A DNA stretch of 32,000 nucleotides from Geotalea uraniireducens Rf4. Its GTDB lineage: Bacteria > Desulfobacterota > Desulfuromonadia > Geobacterales > Geobacteraceae. The notes below the pieces were generated by a model, which made no database searches, had not been told where the DNA came from, and saw only the letters and a program-made list of their open reading frames with translations. A program made the translations under genes and the position numbers. The DNA lies in contig NC_009483.1 of NCBI RefSeq assembly GCF_000016745.1, positions 4,470,001-4,502,000 of the forward strand, given 5' to 3'. Positions 16,917 to 26,032 of this stretch are shown here, piece by piece; position 1 is the first letter of the stretch, and every line of letters starts with the position of its first letter.

Positions 16917-16988
16917 CGTTCTTTCCTCCGCAGTTATTGCAATTGGGGGTTTTTAAAGTTCTGTGGCCGGTCAAAATATCGATAGATA

Positions 16989-18350
16989 TCACTGCTTGCC
17001 AAGTTTTTCAGTAAGTTCGTCAAAGGCAAGTTCGAAACCTGCAGGATTCTTGCTGGCGGTGCCGCCAATTGTAACGCGTCCATTCGCAACCCGCAACCAA
17101 ACGCGTTTATGAGACATGAAAAATGCCATGCAGATGCCGACCACCATTAATGCGCAGCCGAGCCAGACCACCCATACCCCCGGGTCCTTAGCGACCTGGA
17201 GACCGGTAAAGAACTTCTCGTCCTTACCGTCAAAGGTGAAGATGAGATCGCTGCCGCGTTTTTCATCGAAATCACGGCAATTGGAGTTAAGCAGTACTAT
17301 TGCGTATTGCTTTTCGCCGTTTGGCCGGGTAATTTCCAGTTTTGCCCCTGGCCCCGGACAGCCGGGAAAGTCATTACCGACCTCCGGCGCCACACCGATG
17401 ATCTGCAGGAAGCTTCCGTCCGGCAGGGATACCCGTTCATCCTGGTGGGCGACTACCGGCACAGCCTGGCCGCCGTTTCTGTTTCTCACGGAGAAATGGT
17501 AAACGGCGTCACCTGCAGCACCGTACGAGGACTGGTAAAAGGTGATCCCCTTGTACGTCAGCGGATCATTGACGATGACCTTGACATTTTCGTAGCCGGG
17601 AACCGGCTTGCCATCCTGCAAGACGGTCAGGATGCTCTTGAACTCCTTGGGCGCGCCGGTGTCGTAAAATGCAACGGCAAACTTCTCGCACTTCACGGCA
17701 AAACCGAGATCTATGCTCTTGCCGGAGCGGCTCTCAACCGTATTTACGCTGGTCCCCTCAGCAATATTCACGTAGGCCTTATAGCCAAAAAACGAACCGA
17801 TGAGAGCGCCAATAAAGATGATAATGATACTCAGATGTACAACATATACCCCCAGACGGCAATAGGGGTTTTTCTGGGCAAAAAGGTGGTACTCGCCGTT
17901 CACCTCGGTAATCACCGGTTCGGCAAACTCACCCTTAAGAAACGCCGCCATTTTATCCTTGAGTGCCGCGGCCCCACCCGAAATCTTGAATTCACGGGTC
18001 AGTGACAGGGACCTTTCAAAACCTTCATCCATGATCAGGGTCGGCTCGGAGATTATCTTCCAGACCCGCGGCAGCCTCTTGATCGAACAAGCCACCAGGT
18101 TTACCGTCAACAGATAGAGAAGAAGGATAAACCACCAGGAATGGTACATATCGAAAAAGCCGAGCTTGTCGTACATTTGCAGCTTTACGGTGCTTATGCT
18201 CTGGATGTACTCTTGCGGAACCGGCGCCTGGGGGATGACGGTACCGATTATCGACGTCAAGGCAAGTCCGATGAGGAGGGCGATGGAAAGTTTAAGAGAG
18301 CAGAAAAAATCCCACAGCATTTGTGCAAATCCGCGTTTGTTTGTAGTCAA
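16989..18350 (-). CDS. resB: cytochrome c biogenesis System II protein ResB/CcsB
   Basis: 453 aa. N-terminal TM helices (FFCSLKLSIALLIGLALTSIIGTVIPQ), a large periplasmic domain and a C-terminal TM helix. TTG start with AGGAGA SD. Adjacent to ccsA. Confidence 0.85.
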   Translation of the reverse strand: MTTNKRGFAQMLWDFFCSLKLSIALLIGLALTSIIGTVIPQAPVPQEYIQSISTVKLQMYDKLGFFDMYHSWWFILLLYLLTVNLVACSIKRLPRVWKIISEPTLIMDEGFERSLSLTREFKISGGAAALKDKMAAFLKGEFAEPVITEVNGEYHLFAQKNPYCRLGVYVVHLSIIIIFIGALIGSFFGYKAYVNIAEGTSVNTVESRSGKSIDLGFAVKCEKFAVAFYDTGAPKEFKSILTVLQDGKPVPGYENVKVIVNDPLTYKGITFYQSSYGAAGDAVYHFSVRNRNGGQAVPVVAHQDERVSLPDGSFLQIIGVAPEVGNDFPGCPGPGAKLEITRPNGEKQYAIVLLNSNCRDFDEKRGSDLIFTFDGKDEKFFTGLQVAKDPGVWVVWLGCALMVVGICMAFFMSHKRVWLRVANGRVTIGGTASKNPAGFELAFDELTEKLGKQ

Positions 18351-18408
18351 GGCTGTCTCCTGAATGAAAGGTTTGACATAAGGAATGAAAATTCATTATC
18401 GACTGGGC

Positions 18409-18437
18409 AGTATAAACCAAATTATAAACAGCGGCAA
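18409..18437 (-). promoter_or_regulatory. candidate sigma-70 promoter TTGCCG-N17-TATACT for resB-ccsA-cytochromes
   Basis: Hexamers and spacing read on the minus strand. It lies between the ppcA terminator and the resB start. Confidence 0.3.
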
Positions 18438-18465
18438 AATAAAATTTATTAATTTGAAATCGGAT

Positions 18466-18502
18466 CAAGAAAAAGGGATAACAAGAAACCTGTTACCCCT
18501 TT
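18466..18502 (-). terminator. rho-independent terminator after ppcA
   Basis: Minus strand reads AGGGGTAACA-ggtttct-TGTTATCCCT-TTTTCTT, about 30 nt after the stop. Confidence 0.8.
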
Positions 18503-18532
18503 TTCAGTCCGAATGCGATGCTTCATCAGCAA

Positions 18533-18805
18533 TTACTTCTTGTGGCACTCTCCGCACTTGGTCGGGCCGGCCTTTTTCGTTTCGTGGCAGCCTTTGCAGA
18601 GCTTGTGAGCCGCATCCTTGCCGAAGCCTTCAATCTTGCCGGGAGCTTTCTCGTGACAGGCTTTGCAGTCCTTGAGAGCTTCCTGGTGCTTCTTGTGGTT
18701 GAAAGTTACGTTACCGTTCTTTGCAGGCAGGGTAATGGTATCAGCCGCCATGGCAGCTACTGCACAGGAAAGTGTCAATGCAACCGCAACAATAATCTTT
18801 TTCAT
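18533..18805 (-). CDS. ppcA: periplasmic triheme cytochrome c7 (PpcA family)
   Basis: 90 aa. Signal peptide, then ADTITLPAKNGNVTFNHKKHQEALKDCKACHEKAPGKIEGFGKDAAHKLCKGCHETKKAGPTKCGECHKK, near-collinear with G. sulfurreducens PpcA as I remember it. Three CXXCH motifs. Strong SD GAAGGAGG. Confidence 0.9.
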   Translation of the reverse strand: MKKIIVAVALTLSCAVAAMAADTITLPAKNGNVTFNHKKHQEALKDCKACHEKAPGKIEGFGKDAAHKLCKGCHETKKAGPTKCGECHKK

Positions 18806-18844
18806 CAGACGTCACCTCCTTCACATTAAATTAAAATCGTCGAA

Positions 18845-18873
18845 AAAGTAATACAGGGTTATTTCTTTGTCAA
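18845..18873 (-). promoter_or_regulatory. candidate sigma-70 promoter TTGACA-N17-TACTTT for ppcA
   Basis: Perfect -35 hexamer, 17-nt spacer and a moderate -10 hexamer, about 40 nt upstream of the start. Confidence 0.4.
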
Positions 18874-18932
18874 GCAAAATCATTCATTAAAACAACGCCA
18901 AAAGACCATTATTACCGGCCAAGACAAACGAG

Positions 18933-19439
18933 TCAGCAGGCATTGCCGGCGTTCAATTGTTTATCCTTCTCGTCGACTTCCTGCGCCATCTGTGCGCGGT
19001 ATGACTTGAGCTTTGCCGCCAGACTGACGTCAGCAAGGGCCAGGATCTGCACCGCAAGAATAGCCGCGTTCTTGGCGCCTGCCCTGCCGATCGCCATAGT
19101 TGCCACCGGAATACCGCCGGGCATCTGTACCGTGGAATAAAGGGCATCAACGCCGTTTAGAGCGCCGCCGCCGATCGGCACGCCGATAACCGGCAAAGTC
19201 GTTTCGGCAGCTACAACCCCGGCCAGATGGGCCGCCATTCCGGCCCCGGCGATAACGACCTTTACGCCGCGATCTTCAGCTTCCGAAGCAAGCAAGCCAG
19301 TCCGGCGAGGTGAGCGGTGCGCAGAAGAAATGCGCATCTCAAAGGGGACGTCGAATTCCGTGAGGACCTTTGCCGCCTCTCCCATTACCGGGAGATCAGA
19401 GTCGCTGCCCATGACAATCAATACCTGTGGTGGGTTCAT
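18933..19439 (-). CDS. purE: N5-carboxyaminoimidazole ribonucleotide mutase
   Basis: VLIVMGSDSDLPVM...SAHRSP...IAGAGMAAHLAGVVAA...PVIGVP, the classic PurE motifs. Confidence 0.92.
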   Translation of the reverse strand: MNPPQVLIVMGSDSDLPVMGEAAKVLTEFDVPFEMRISSAHRSPRRTGLLASEAEDRGVKVVIAGAGMAAHLAGVVAAETTLPVIGVPIGGGALNGVDALYSTVQMPGGIPVATMAIGRAGAKNAAILAVQILALADVSLAAKLKSYRAQMAQEVDEKDKQLNAGNAC

Positions 19440-19494
19440 CTACTTTTCTTCCTCCGTTGAAGTCGTATCCGGGCAAACAATGTCAGAGATTGTC

Positions 19495-20766
19495 TTACCT
19501 GGCCAGGGCCTTCTTTCCAATGTCCTTCCGATAATGCGCCCCCCGCCACGAGATGAGAGAAACCCCCTGATATGCCCGGTCTATGGCCTCTTTCACGGTC
19601 GGGCCCAAAGCCGTGACACCCAGCACCCGGCCGCCATTGGTGACGAATTTGTCTTTATCGAGAGCCGTGCCGGCATGGAACACAAACAGATCCTGAATTT
19701 TTGCCGCATCGTCCAAGCCATGAATCTCATCACCCCTGGGATAATCCCCCGGATAACCCTCAGCTGCCATAACCACGCAGACCGCCGCTTTATCATGCCA
19801 CTCGATTTGCACCCTGCTGATATCTTTTTCGGCAACAGCCAACAAGATGGGGACAATATCGGATTTCATCCTCATCAGCAGAGGCTGACACTCCGGATCG
19901 CCGAAGCGGGCATTGAATTCGAGGGTCTTGACACTTTCGCCGTCGATCATCAGCCCGGCATAGAGCACACCCCGGTAAGGACGCCCTTCCGCCGCCATGC
20001 CGTCGACTGTACGGCGCATAACCTCCTGCATGGCCTTTTCATGGATGGCCGGGGTTACGACCGGGGCAGGTGAATACGCCCCCATCCCCCCCGTATTCGG
20101 TCCGGTATCACCATCATAAACAGCCTTGTGATCCTGGGCGCTGGCAAGGGGTATAATGTTTTTCCCATCGGTAAAGGCAAGAAACGAGGCCTCCTCCCCT
20201 TTGAGGAATTCCTCGATGACAACCCGGGAGCCGGCTGCACCGAATGAGTTGCCTGAAAGCATGTCGGTCACCGCTGCCACCGCCTCGTCTCGCGTCTGGG
20301 CGATGATGACCCCTTTCCCGGCCGCCAGACCATCCGCCTTGATGACGATCGGCACCCCTGTCCTGTCGATAAAGGCTATCGCCGGTTCGACCTCGGTAAA
20401 GACCTCATAGGCAGCAGTCGGCACGTTATATTTTCTCATCAGGTCCTTGGAAAACGCCTTGCTCGCCTCGATGATCGCGGCATTTTTTTGCGCTCCGAAT
20501 ACTTTAAGACCGTATTCTTCAAAAAGATCGACGATCCCCAGAGAAAGCGGCAATTCCGGTCCCACCACGGTGAGCGCTATATCCTCTTTTTTGGCAAAGG
20601 AGAGGAGCCCGGAGAGATCATCAACCTTGATGTCGACATTCTCCGCAATCGTGCCGATACCGGGATTTCCCGGTGCACAGTAAACCTTTTCCACAAGCGG
20701 AGATTGCGCTATCTTCCAGACGAGGGCATGCTCACGCCCGCCGCTGCCGATTACAAGAACTTTCAT
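19495..20766 (-). CDS. purD: phosphoribosylamine-glycine ligase
   Basis: MKVLVIGSGGREHALVWK...VIKADGLAAGKGV...GPNTGGMGAYSP... Confidence 0.95.
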   Translation of the reverse strand: MKVLVIGSGGREHALVWKIAQSPLVEKVYCAPGNPGIGTIAENVDIKVDDLSGLLSFAKKEDIALTVVGPELPLSLGIVDLFEEYGLKVFGAQKNAAIIEASKAFSKDLMRKYNVPTAAYEVFTEVEPAIAFIDRTGVPIVIKADGLAAGKGVIIAQTRDEAVAAVTDMLSGNSFGAAGSRVVIEEFLKGEEASFLAFTDGKNIIPLASAQDHKAVYDGDTGPNTGGMGAYSPAPVVTPAIHEKAMQEVMRRTVDGMAAEGRPYRGVLYAGLMIDGESVKTLEFNARFGDPECQPLLMRMKSDIVPILLAVAEKDISRVQIEWHDKAAVCVVMAAEGYPGDYPRGDEIHGLDDAAKIQDLFVFHAGTALDKDKFVTNGGRVLGVTALGPTVKEAIDRAYQGVSLISWRGAHYRKDIGKKALAR

Positions 20767-20844
20767 ATATCAGAACTCCCGGACTTTTGGATTCGTGAAA
20801 AACAGCGCAGCATATTAACACCACTTTTTCGATAAGGGCAAGAG

Positions 20845-20860
20845 CAAAGAGATCTCTTTG
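20845..20860. promoter_or_regulatory. perfect 16-bp palindrome CAAAGAGATCTCTTTG upstream of purD
   Basis: Read directly, 79-94 nt upstream of the purD ATG. Candidate operator. Confidence 0.25.
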
Positions 20861-21072
20861 TGTTAGCTAAACGATTTTACGCCCCATTCACCATGTCTGT
20901 GTTTTTCTTTGAGGGACACATTATCGCGAACAGAAAGGTAGATTAAACCTAGTAAGGTCTTGAAAGAAGTCGTATCAAGCCGCTTGTCGTTGAAAGAAGC
21001 AGAGGGCTTTGGGCGCAGAACATCTGTCAATACCCTCGCCAACAAACTCAAGGACAGCGTTTTCGGCGCACA

Positions 21073-21112
21073 TAACACAAAACCCCTGGTGTTACCCAGG
21101 GCGTTTTGTGTT
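21073..21112 (-). terminator. long hairpin/terminator after the CARDB-repeat gene
   Basis: Minus strand reads ACACAAAACGCCCTGG-gtaaca-CCAGGGGTTTTGTGT, 11 nt after the stop, with a U-rich 3' arm. Confidence 0.65.
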
Positions 21113-21122
21113 GGTAAGGTGC

Positions 21123-23984
21123 TTACATTATTACAGGATTGCCAGCAAGGGAGTTGTTAGTCTCATCGGACTCGGGGACTTGATTGGTGTAGTCCGCATA
21201 GGCGCCGATGTAATAGTTTCCGGGCGGTAGATTTGGCGGGACCGAGCGGGTTCCGGTAAGAACGACTTCACTGTTGCCAGGAATATTGGCCCAATTTGCG
21301 TCGATAAGATAATCACTGGTAGTTATGGCAGCGTCAGAGGAGATATAGATGGCGGTTGGAAAAGCGTAATTTCCGGCCACACCGTTACCGACATTTTTAA
21401 CAGTCACTGAATAGGTTACTTTGCCGTTCGCCACGGTGCCAGACACGGCGGTTACAATGAGGTCATTGTTGATATATGGCTGGTTGCCAGCAAGGGAGTT
21501 GTTAGTCTCATCGGACTCGGGGACTTGATTGGTGTAGTCCGCATAGGCGCCGATGTAATAGTTTCCGGGCGGTAGATTTGGCGGGACCGAGCGGGTTCCG
21601 GTAAGAACGACTTCACTGTTGCCAGGAATATTGGTCCAATTTGCGTCGATAAGATAATCACTGGTAGTTATGGCAGCGTCAGAGGAGATATAGATGGCGG
21701 TAGGAAAAGCGTAATTTCCGGCCACACCGTTACCGACATTTTTAACAGTCACTGAATAGGTTACTTTGCCGTTCGCCACGGTGCCAGACACGGCGGTTAC
21801 AATGAGGTCGTTGTTGATATATGGCTGGTTGCCAGCAAGGGAGTTGTTAGTCTCATCGGACTCGGGGACTTGATTGGTGTAGTCTGCATAGGCGCCGATG
21901 TAGTAGTTTCCTGGCGGTAGATTTGGCGGGACCGAGCGGGTTCCGGTAAGAATGACTTCGCTGTTGCCAGGAATATGGGCATAATTTGCGTCGATAAGAT
22001 AATCACTGGTAGTTATGGCAGCGTCAGAGGAGATATAGATGGCGGTAGGAAAAGCGTAATTTCCGGCCACACCGTTACCGACATTTTTAACAGTCACTGA
22101 ATAGGTTACTTTGCCGTTCGCCACGGTGCCAGACACGGCGGTTACAATGAGGTCGTTGTTGATATATGGCTGGTTGCCAGCAAGGGAGTTGTTAGTCTCA
22201 TCAAACTCTGGGACTTGATTGGTGTAGTCTGCATAGGCGCCGATGTAGTAGTTTCCTGGCGGTAGATTTGGCGGGACCGAGCGGGTTCCGGTAAGAATGA
22301 CTTCGCTGTTGCCAGGAATATGGGCATAATTTGCGTCGATAAGATAATCACTGGTAGTTATGGCAGCGTCAGAGGAGATATAGATGGCGGTAGGGAAAGC
22401 GTAATTTCCGGCAGCATTTATGCCTCGATTTTGTATCGTTACAGAATACGTCAGCTTCCCGCCGCTGACAGTACCTGAAACATTCTTCACCACCAAGTCG
22501 GGCTGTACGGAGGAGATTGTTATATTATTCCCCAGTTTGGTATTATTAGTTTCATCCCCTTCTACAACAAGATTTGTGTAATCAGCAATAGCCTTCAAAT
22601 AGTAATCGCCAGTCTTGCAAGCCGTTGGAATAATTACTGTGATGCTGCCGGTATCAGGTGTCTTCGGAGCAAGAGATGTGACGGTTCTTTCACCCAAATA
22701 GCAGCTCGTCCCTTTCAAATCGTCGAGATAAATCCCAATTTTGAAAGCAGTGGCTGAGTCAGTCCCTTTGTTGAATGCAGTGGTGGATATTGTAACAGAA
22801 TTACCGATCACCCCCGTTGCAGGACCGCTGACATCGGTGATTTCCAGATCAGTATACGATTCGTAAGCCAGGGTTACGGCATGGAGTACCGGAGTTGTCA
22901 TGTCGCTTGATGAAAGCTTTAATCGCAGTTCCGCAACATGAGCGTACTGGATATTCAAATCAATGCTCGTGGTTTTGGTTTGGATGCCGTTGACCACGGG
23001 TCCGTCGACCGTAGTTGCACCGGAGGTTGTGAGGTCGTACCATGTGTCGGCGCTGCCATCGGGTCCCAGGTACTGGGCACTTTCAAGGGAGGTCAAGTCT
23101 TGAGCGGTTCTGACCTGAAACTGGATTTTCTGACCAGTTGTAAGCTCGTCGTAGTTCCAGGAAAGATGCGCCTTGTCGAAAGGGGCGACCCCGGTGACCC
23201 GGAGCCCACTGAGCATGCTCACCACCGGCTCGATCTCCAGTGATTTCTCAACCTGGTTCGACGCCCCGTCAATGACCGACACGACATTGTTGAATTTGTT
23301 GGTCAGGTAGACCTTGTTGGTGGCCAAGTTATAGGATGCGGTGTAAGGGCCAGCAATCACCTGCACCGTTGCAATGACGGTATCACTGATCCCGTCGAGA
23401 ACGGAAACCGTCTGGTCGGTCATGTTGGCGATGTAGACCTTGTTGTTGGTCGGGTTGTAAAGAGCAGCATTGGCGCCATTGCCAACGGTCACGGTTGCAA
23501 TTACCGTATCAGTGACACAGTCGATGACCGACACCTTGTTGTCGTTGTAGTATCCCACATAGAGCTTGTTATTTACTGAATTGTAAACAGCTCCCGAAGG
23601 TTGCGCCGGTAATGGTATCGAAGGAAGCAACTCTTTCGTCGTTGCGTTAATGACGGCGACGGAGTTCCTTTCCGCCCCAATGGTATAGACTTTGTTGTTC
23701 GAAGTGTTATTGATGATCGTCGCAGTGCTCAACAAATCCTTCGGAATGCCGATTTTCACATCACCAGAAACTGTTGTGGTGTCAATGTTTACGCGCGTTG
23801 TAGGAGTGTTTGTCGTAGAAGCATTGTTTTCAAAATCTGGTTGAGTTGTCCATGTTACTGATGACATTGCTGCACACGCCGGTTGCGCAATACTGCCGGC
23901 TGCTACCGTTAGGCTGACAATTAGCAGGATAATTGTCAGTAGCTGTAACGGTAATTTTTTTAAATTTCCCCAATGATAACCCAT
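21123..23984 (-). CDS. secreted surface protein: YVTN beta-propeller + unknown beta-rich domain + five CARDB-like domains
   Basis: Start placed at MGYHWGNLKKLPLQLLTIILLIVSL... (AAGGAGGG SD; the track ORF starts 90 nt upstream). Signal peptide ...AQPACA. YVTN-type repeats (KVYIANMTDQTVSVLD etc.). C-terminal domains show the CARDB pattern DL.V..VSG...G....V.V.N.G......YIS.D...........G.YY..A.AD....V.E.DETNN. Confidence 0.8.
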   Translation of the reverse strand: MGYHWGNLKKLPLQLLTIILLIVSLTVAAGSIAQPACAAMSSVTWTTQPDFENNASTTNTPTTRVNIDTTTVSGDVKIGIPKDLLSTATIINNTSNNKVYTIGAERNSVAVINATTKELLPSIPLPAQPSGAVYNSVNNKLYVGYYNDNKVSVIDCVTDTVIATVTVGNGANAALYNPTNNKVYIANMTDQTVSVLDGISDTVIATVQVIAGPYTASYNLATNKVYLTNKFNNVVSVIDGASNQVEKSLEIEPVVSMLSGLRVTGVAPFDKAHLSWNYDELTTGQKIQFQVRTAQDLTSLESAQYLGPDGSADTWYDLTTSGATTVDGPVVNGIQTKTTSIDLNIQYAHVAELRLKLSSSDMTTPVLHAVTLAYESYTDLEITDVSGPATGVIGNSVTISTTAFNKGTDSATAFKIGIYLDDLKGTSCYLGERTVTSLAPKTPDTGSITVIIPTACKTGDYYLKAIADYTNLVVEGDETNNTKLGNNITISSVQPDLVVKNVSGTVSGGKLTYSVTIQNRGINAAGNYAFPTAIYISSDAAITTSDYLIDANYAHIPGNSEVILTGTRSVPPNLPPGNYYIGAYADYTNQVPEFDETNNSLAGNQPYINNDLIVTAVSGTVANGKVTYSVTVKNVGNGVAGNYAFPTAIYISSDAAITTSDYLIDANYAHIPGNSEVILTGTRSVPPNLPPGNYYIGAYADYTNQVPESDETNNSLAGNQPYINNDLIVTAVSGTVANGKVTYSVTVKNVGNGVAGNYAFPTAIYISSDAAITTSDYLIDANWTNIPGNSEVVLTGTRSVPPNLPPGNYYIGAYADYTNQVPESDETNNSLAGNQPYINNDLIVTAVSGTVANGKVTYSVTVKNVGNGVAGNYAFPTAIYISSDAAITTSDYLIDANWANIPGNSEVVLTGTRSVPPNLPPGNYYIGAYADYTNQVPESDETNNSLAGNPVIM
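21139..22518 (-). repeat. four tandem 345-bp (115-codon) repeats, nearly identical
   Basis: The same string TTGCCAGCAAGGGAGTTGTT recurs at 21139, 21484, 21829 and 22174, exactly 345 nt apart. Copies 1/2 and copies 3/4 form two sub-pairs that differ by only a handful of substitutions (WANIPG/WTNIPG versus YAHIPG). The 5'-most part of copy 4 diverges. Confidence 0.95.
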
Positions 23985-24073
23985 TTCAATAAACCCTCCT
24001 TTTTTGATTTGGACGCCGAGTATATCGGAATTATGGCGGCCGCTCTTTATTAGCGAGGGTTTATAACACACCA

Positions 24074-24101
24074 CATATTATTATGTACACATAATAATAT
24101 G
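24074..24101. promoter_or_regulatory. 28-bp AT-rich perfect palindrome CATATTATTATGT-AC-ACATAATAATATG
   Basis: Read directly, 90-117 nt upstream of the start of the CARDB-repeat gene. Candidate operator overlapping the promoter. Confidence 0.35.
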
Positions 24102-24137
24102 CACCTTAATATGATTTAAATTCACCTTCTCACACCG

Positions 24138-24177
24138 AATCACAAAAAAGCCTGCAAAAGCAGGCTTTTTTGTGATT
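24138..24177. terminator. bidirectional rho-independent terminator (serves purH)
   Basis: AATCACAAAAAAGCCTGC-aaa-GCAGGCTTTTTTGTGATT, with A/T runs on both sides. Confidence 0.85.
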
Positions 24178-24326
24178 CAAGGAACAAAAATAGATTACCG
24201 AGATATATTTCTACCAACTTCACGGGAGTTCAGGATGAATGGGTAACAAATACCCCGCGCCCTTCCAACGTCAGAAACACCAAATGATGAAGGTGCAGGC
24301 TGAATCCTGCTTTCTCCGCTCGTTTA

Positions 24327-25892
24327 TCAATGCCTGAAATGCCTCATGGAAGTAAACACCATCGCCATGCCGTGTTCATCGGCTGCTGCGATCACTTCCT
24401 CGTCGCGCATGCTCCCACCCGGCTGGATGACGGCGGTGATGCCAACCGCAGCTGCATTATCCAACCCGTCGCGGAACGGGAAGAAGGCGTCGGAAGCCAT
24501 CACCGAACCGGCTACAGGAAGGCCGGCATGTTCCGCCTTGATGGCCGCAATGCGGGCCGAGTTGACCCGGCTCATCTGCCCCGCGCCGACGCCGATGGTC
24601 ATGCCGTCCTTGCCGTAGACAATGGCGTTGGATTTGACGAACTTGGCTACCCGCCAGGTGAAAAGAAGGTCGATCATCTCCTTTTCCGTCGGAGCCCGCT
24701 TGGTCACGACCTTCAGCTCCCCGTGGAGGGCGAGATCCGTATACTGGACCAGGAGACCTCCGTTGACACGCTTGAAATCCAGTCGCGGCATCGGTTCCTT
24801 CTGCCACGTGCCGCACTCCAGAAGACGCACGTTCTTCTTGGCAGCAACCACCTCGCTCGCCTTTGCGGAAACCTTGGGGGCGATGATAACCTCAACGAAC
24901 TGCCGCTCGACAATGGCTTTGGCCGTCGCCTCGTCCAGTTCGCCGTTGAAGGCAATGATTCCGCCGAAAGCGGACTCGGGATCGGTCTTGTAGGCACGAT
25001 CGTAGGCGTCCAGAAGCGTATCGCCGATCGCGACCCCGCATGGGTTTGCATGCTTGACGATGACGCAGCCCGGCCCTTCAGCGAACTGTTTCACGCACTC
25101 CAGGGCGGCATCGGTGTCGCCGATGTTGTTGTAGGAAAGCTCTTTCCCCTGGAGCTGCCGTGCAGTAGCGACCGACGCCTCCTTGACGTCCCGCTCCACA
25201 TAGAAAGCTGCCGACTGGTGGGGATTCTCGCCGTAACGCATCCCCTGGGCCTTTTTGAACTGGAGAGTCAGGGTGTCGGGGTATGCGGCAACCCCTTCGC
25301 CGGTCCGGGCTCCCAACCAGTTGGAGATCGCACCGTCATAGGCTGCGGTGTGCTGGTAGACCTTTACCGCCAGGCGGAAGTTGGTCTCCTTCGACACGCC
25401 GCCTCCCGCAGCCTTCATTTCATCCAGCACCAGCCGATAGTCGTTGTGATCGACGACAACAGTCACATCTGCGTTGTTCTTGGCTGCCGAACGGAGCATG
25501 GTCGGACCGCCGATATCGATGTTCTCGATGGCGTCCTCAAGCGTGCAGTCCGGCTTGGCAACGGTCGCCTCGAAGGGGTAAAGGTTGACGACCACCATGT
25601 CGATCGGCTCGATGCCGTGCGCCTTCATGGTTGCCACGTGTTCAGGATTCCCCCGCATGCCGAGGAGGCCGCCGTGAACCTTTGGATGGAGGGTCTTGAC
25701 GCGTCCGTCTAGCATTTCCGGAAAACCGGTAAACTCCGAAACGTCCTTGACCTTTAGACCCGCCTCCCGCAGCAGCTTGGCAGTACCGCCGGTAGAGAGA
25801 ATTTCAACGCCATAGCCGGCCAGTTCCCTGGAGAACTCGACGATGCCGGTCTTGTCAGATACGCTGATCAGCGCACGGGTAATCTTTGCCAT
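24327..25892 (-). CDS. purH: bifunctional AICAR transformylase / IMP cyclohydrolase
   Basis: [20 protein letters not shown]...LSTGGTAK...[10 protein letters not shown]..., full-length 521 aa. Confidence 0.95.
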   Translation of the reverse strand: MAKITRALISVSDKTGIVEFSRELAGYGVEILSTGGTAKLLREAGLKVKDVSEFTGFPEMLDGRVKTLHPKVHGGLLGMRGNPEHVATMKAHGIEPIDMVVVNLYPFEATVAKPDCTLEDAIENIDIGGPTMLRSAAKNNADVTVVVDHNDYRLVLDEMKAAGGGVSKETNFRLAVKVYQHTAAYDGAISNWLGARTGEGVAAYPDTLTLQFKKAQGMRYGENPHQSAAFYVERDVKEASVATARQLQGKELSYNNIGDTDAALECVKQFAEGPGCVIVKHANPCGVAIGDTLLDAYDRAYKTDPESAFGGIIAFNGELDEATAKAIVERQFVEVIIAPKVSAKASEVVAAKKNVRLLECGTWQKEPMPRLDFKRVNGGLLVQYTDLALHGELKVVTKRAPTEKEMIDLLFTWRVAKFVKSNAIVYGKDGMTIGVGAGQMSRVNSARIAAIKAEHAGLPVAGSVMASDAFFPFRDGLDNAAAVGITAVIQPGGSMRDEEVIAAADEHGMAMVFTSMRHFRH

Positions 25893-26032
25893 GTTTTTGC
25901 TCCTTTAAACCTGTAAATTTATCAAGAACGGTCGGATAAAAGCCGCCGTTCCTGCAGCACTTTCCGTATCGAGGGCTGTTTTAATCTTGAATTTCGGAAT
26001 TTTTCCTGTGCTTCTGACGCAGAAGAAAACGA

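Noticed and set aside
20863-21078. 71-aa minus-strand ORF, and the overlapping 66-aa plus-strand ORF, in the purD / CARDB-gene spacer
   Set aside because: There is no SD, no recognisable motif, and it overlaps the terminator hairpin of the upstream gene. It could be a decayed gene fragment, but I cannot support that from sequence alone.
21139-22518. Regular repeats considered as a possible CRISPR array (also the heptamer arrays)
   Set aside because: The 345-bp units are contiguous coding repeats with no unique spacers. The heptamer arrays have 7-nt units with no spacers. No cas genes are present in the window.
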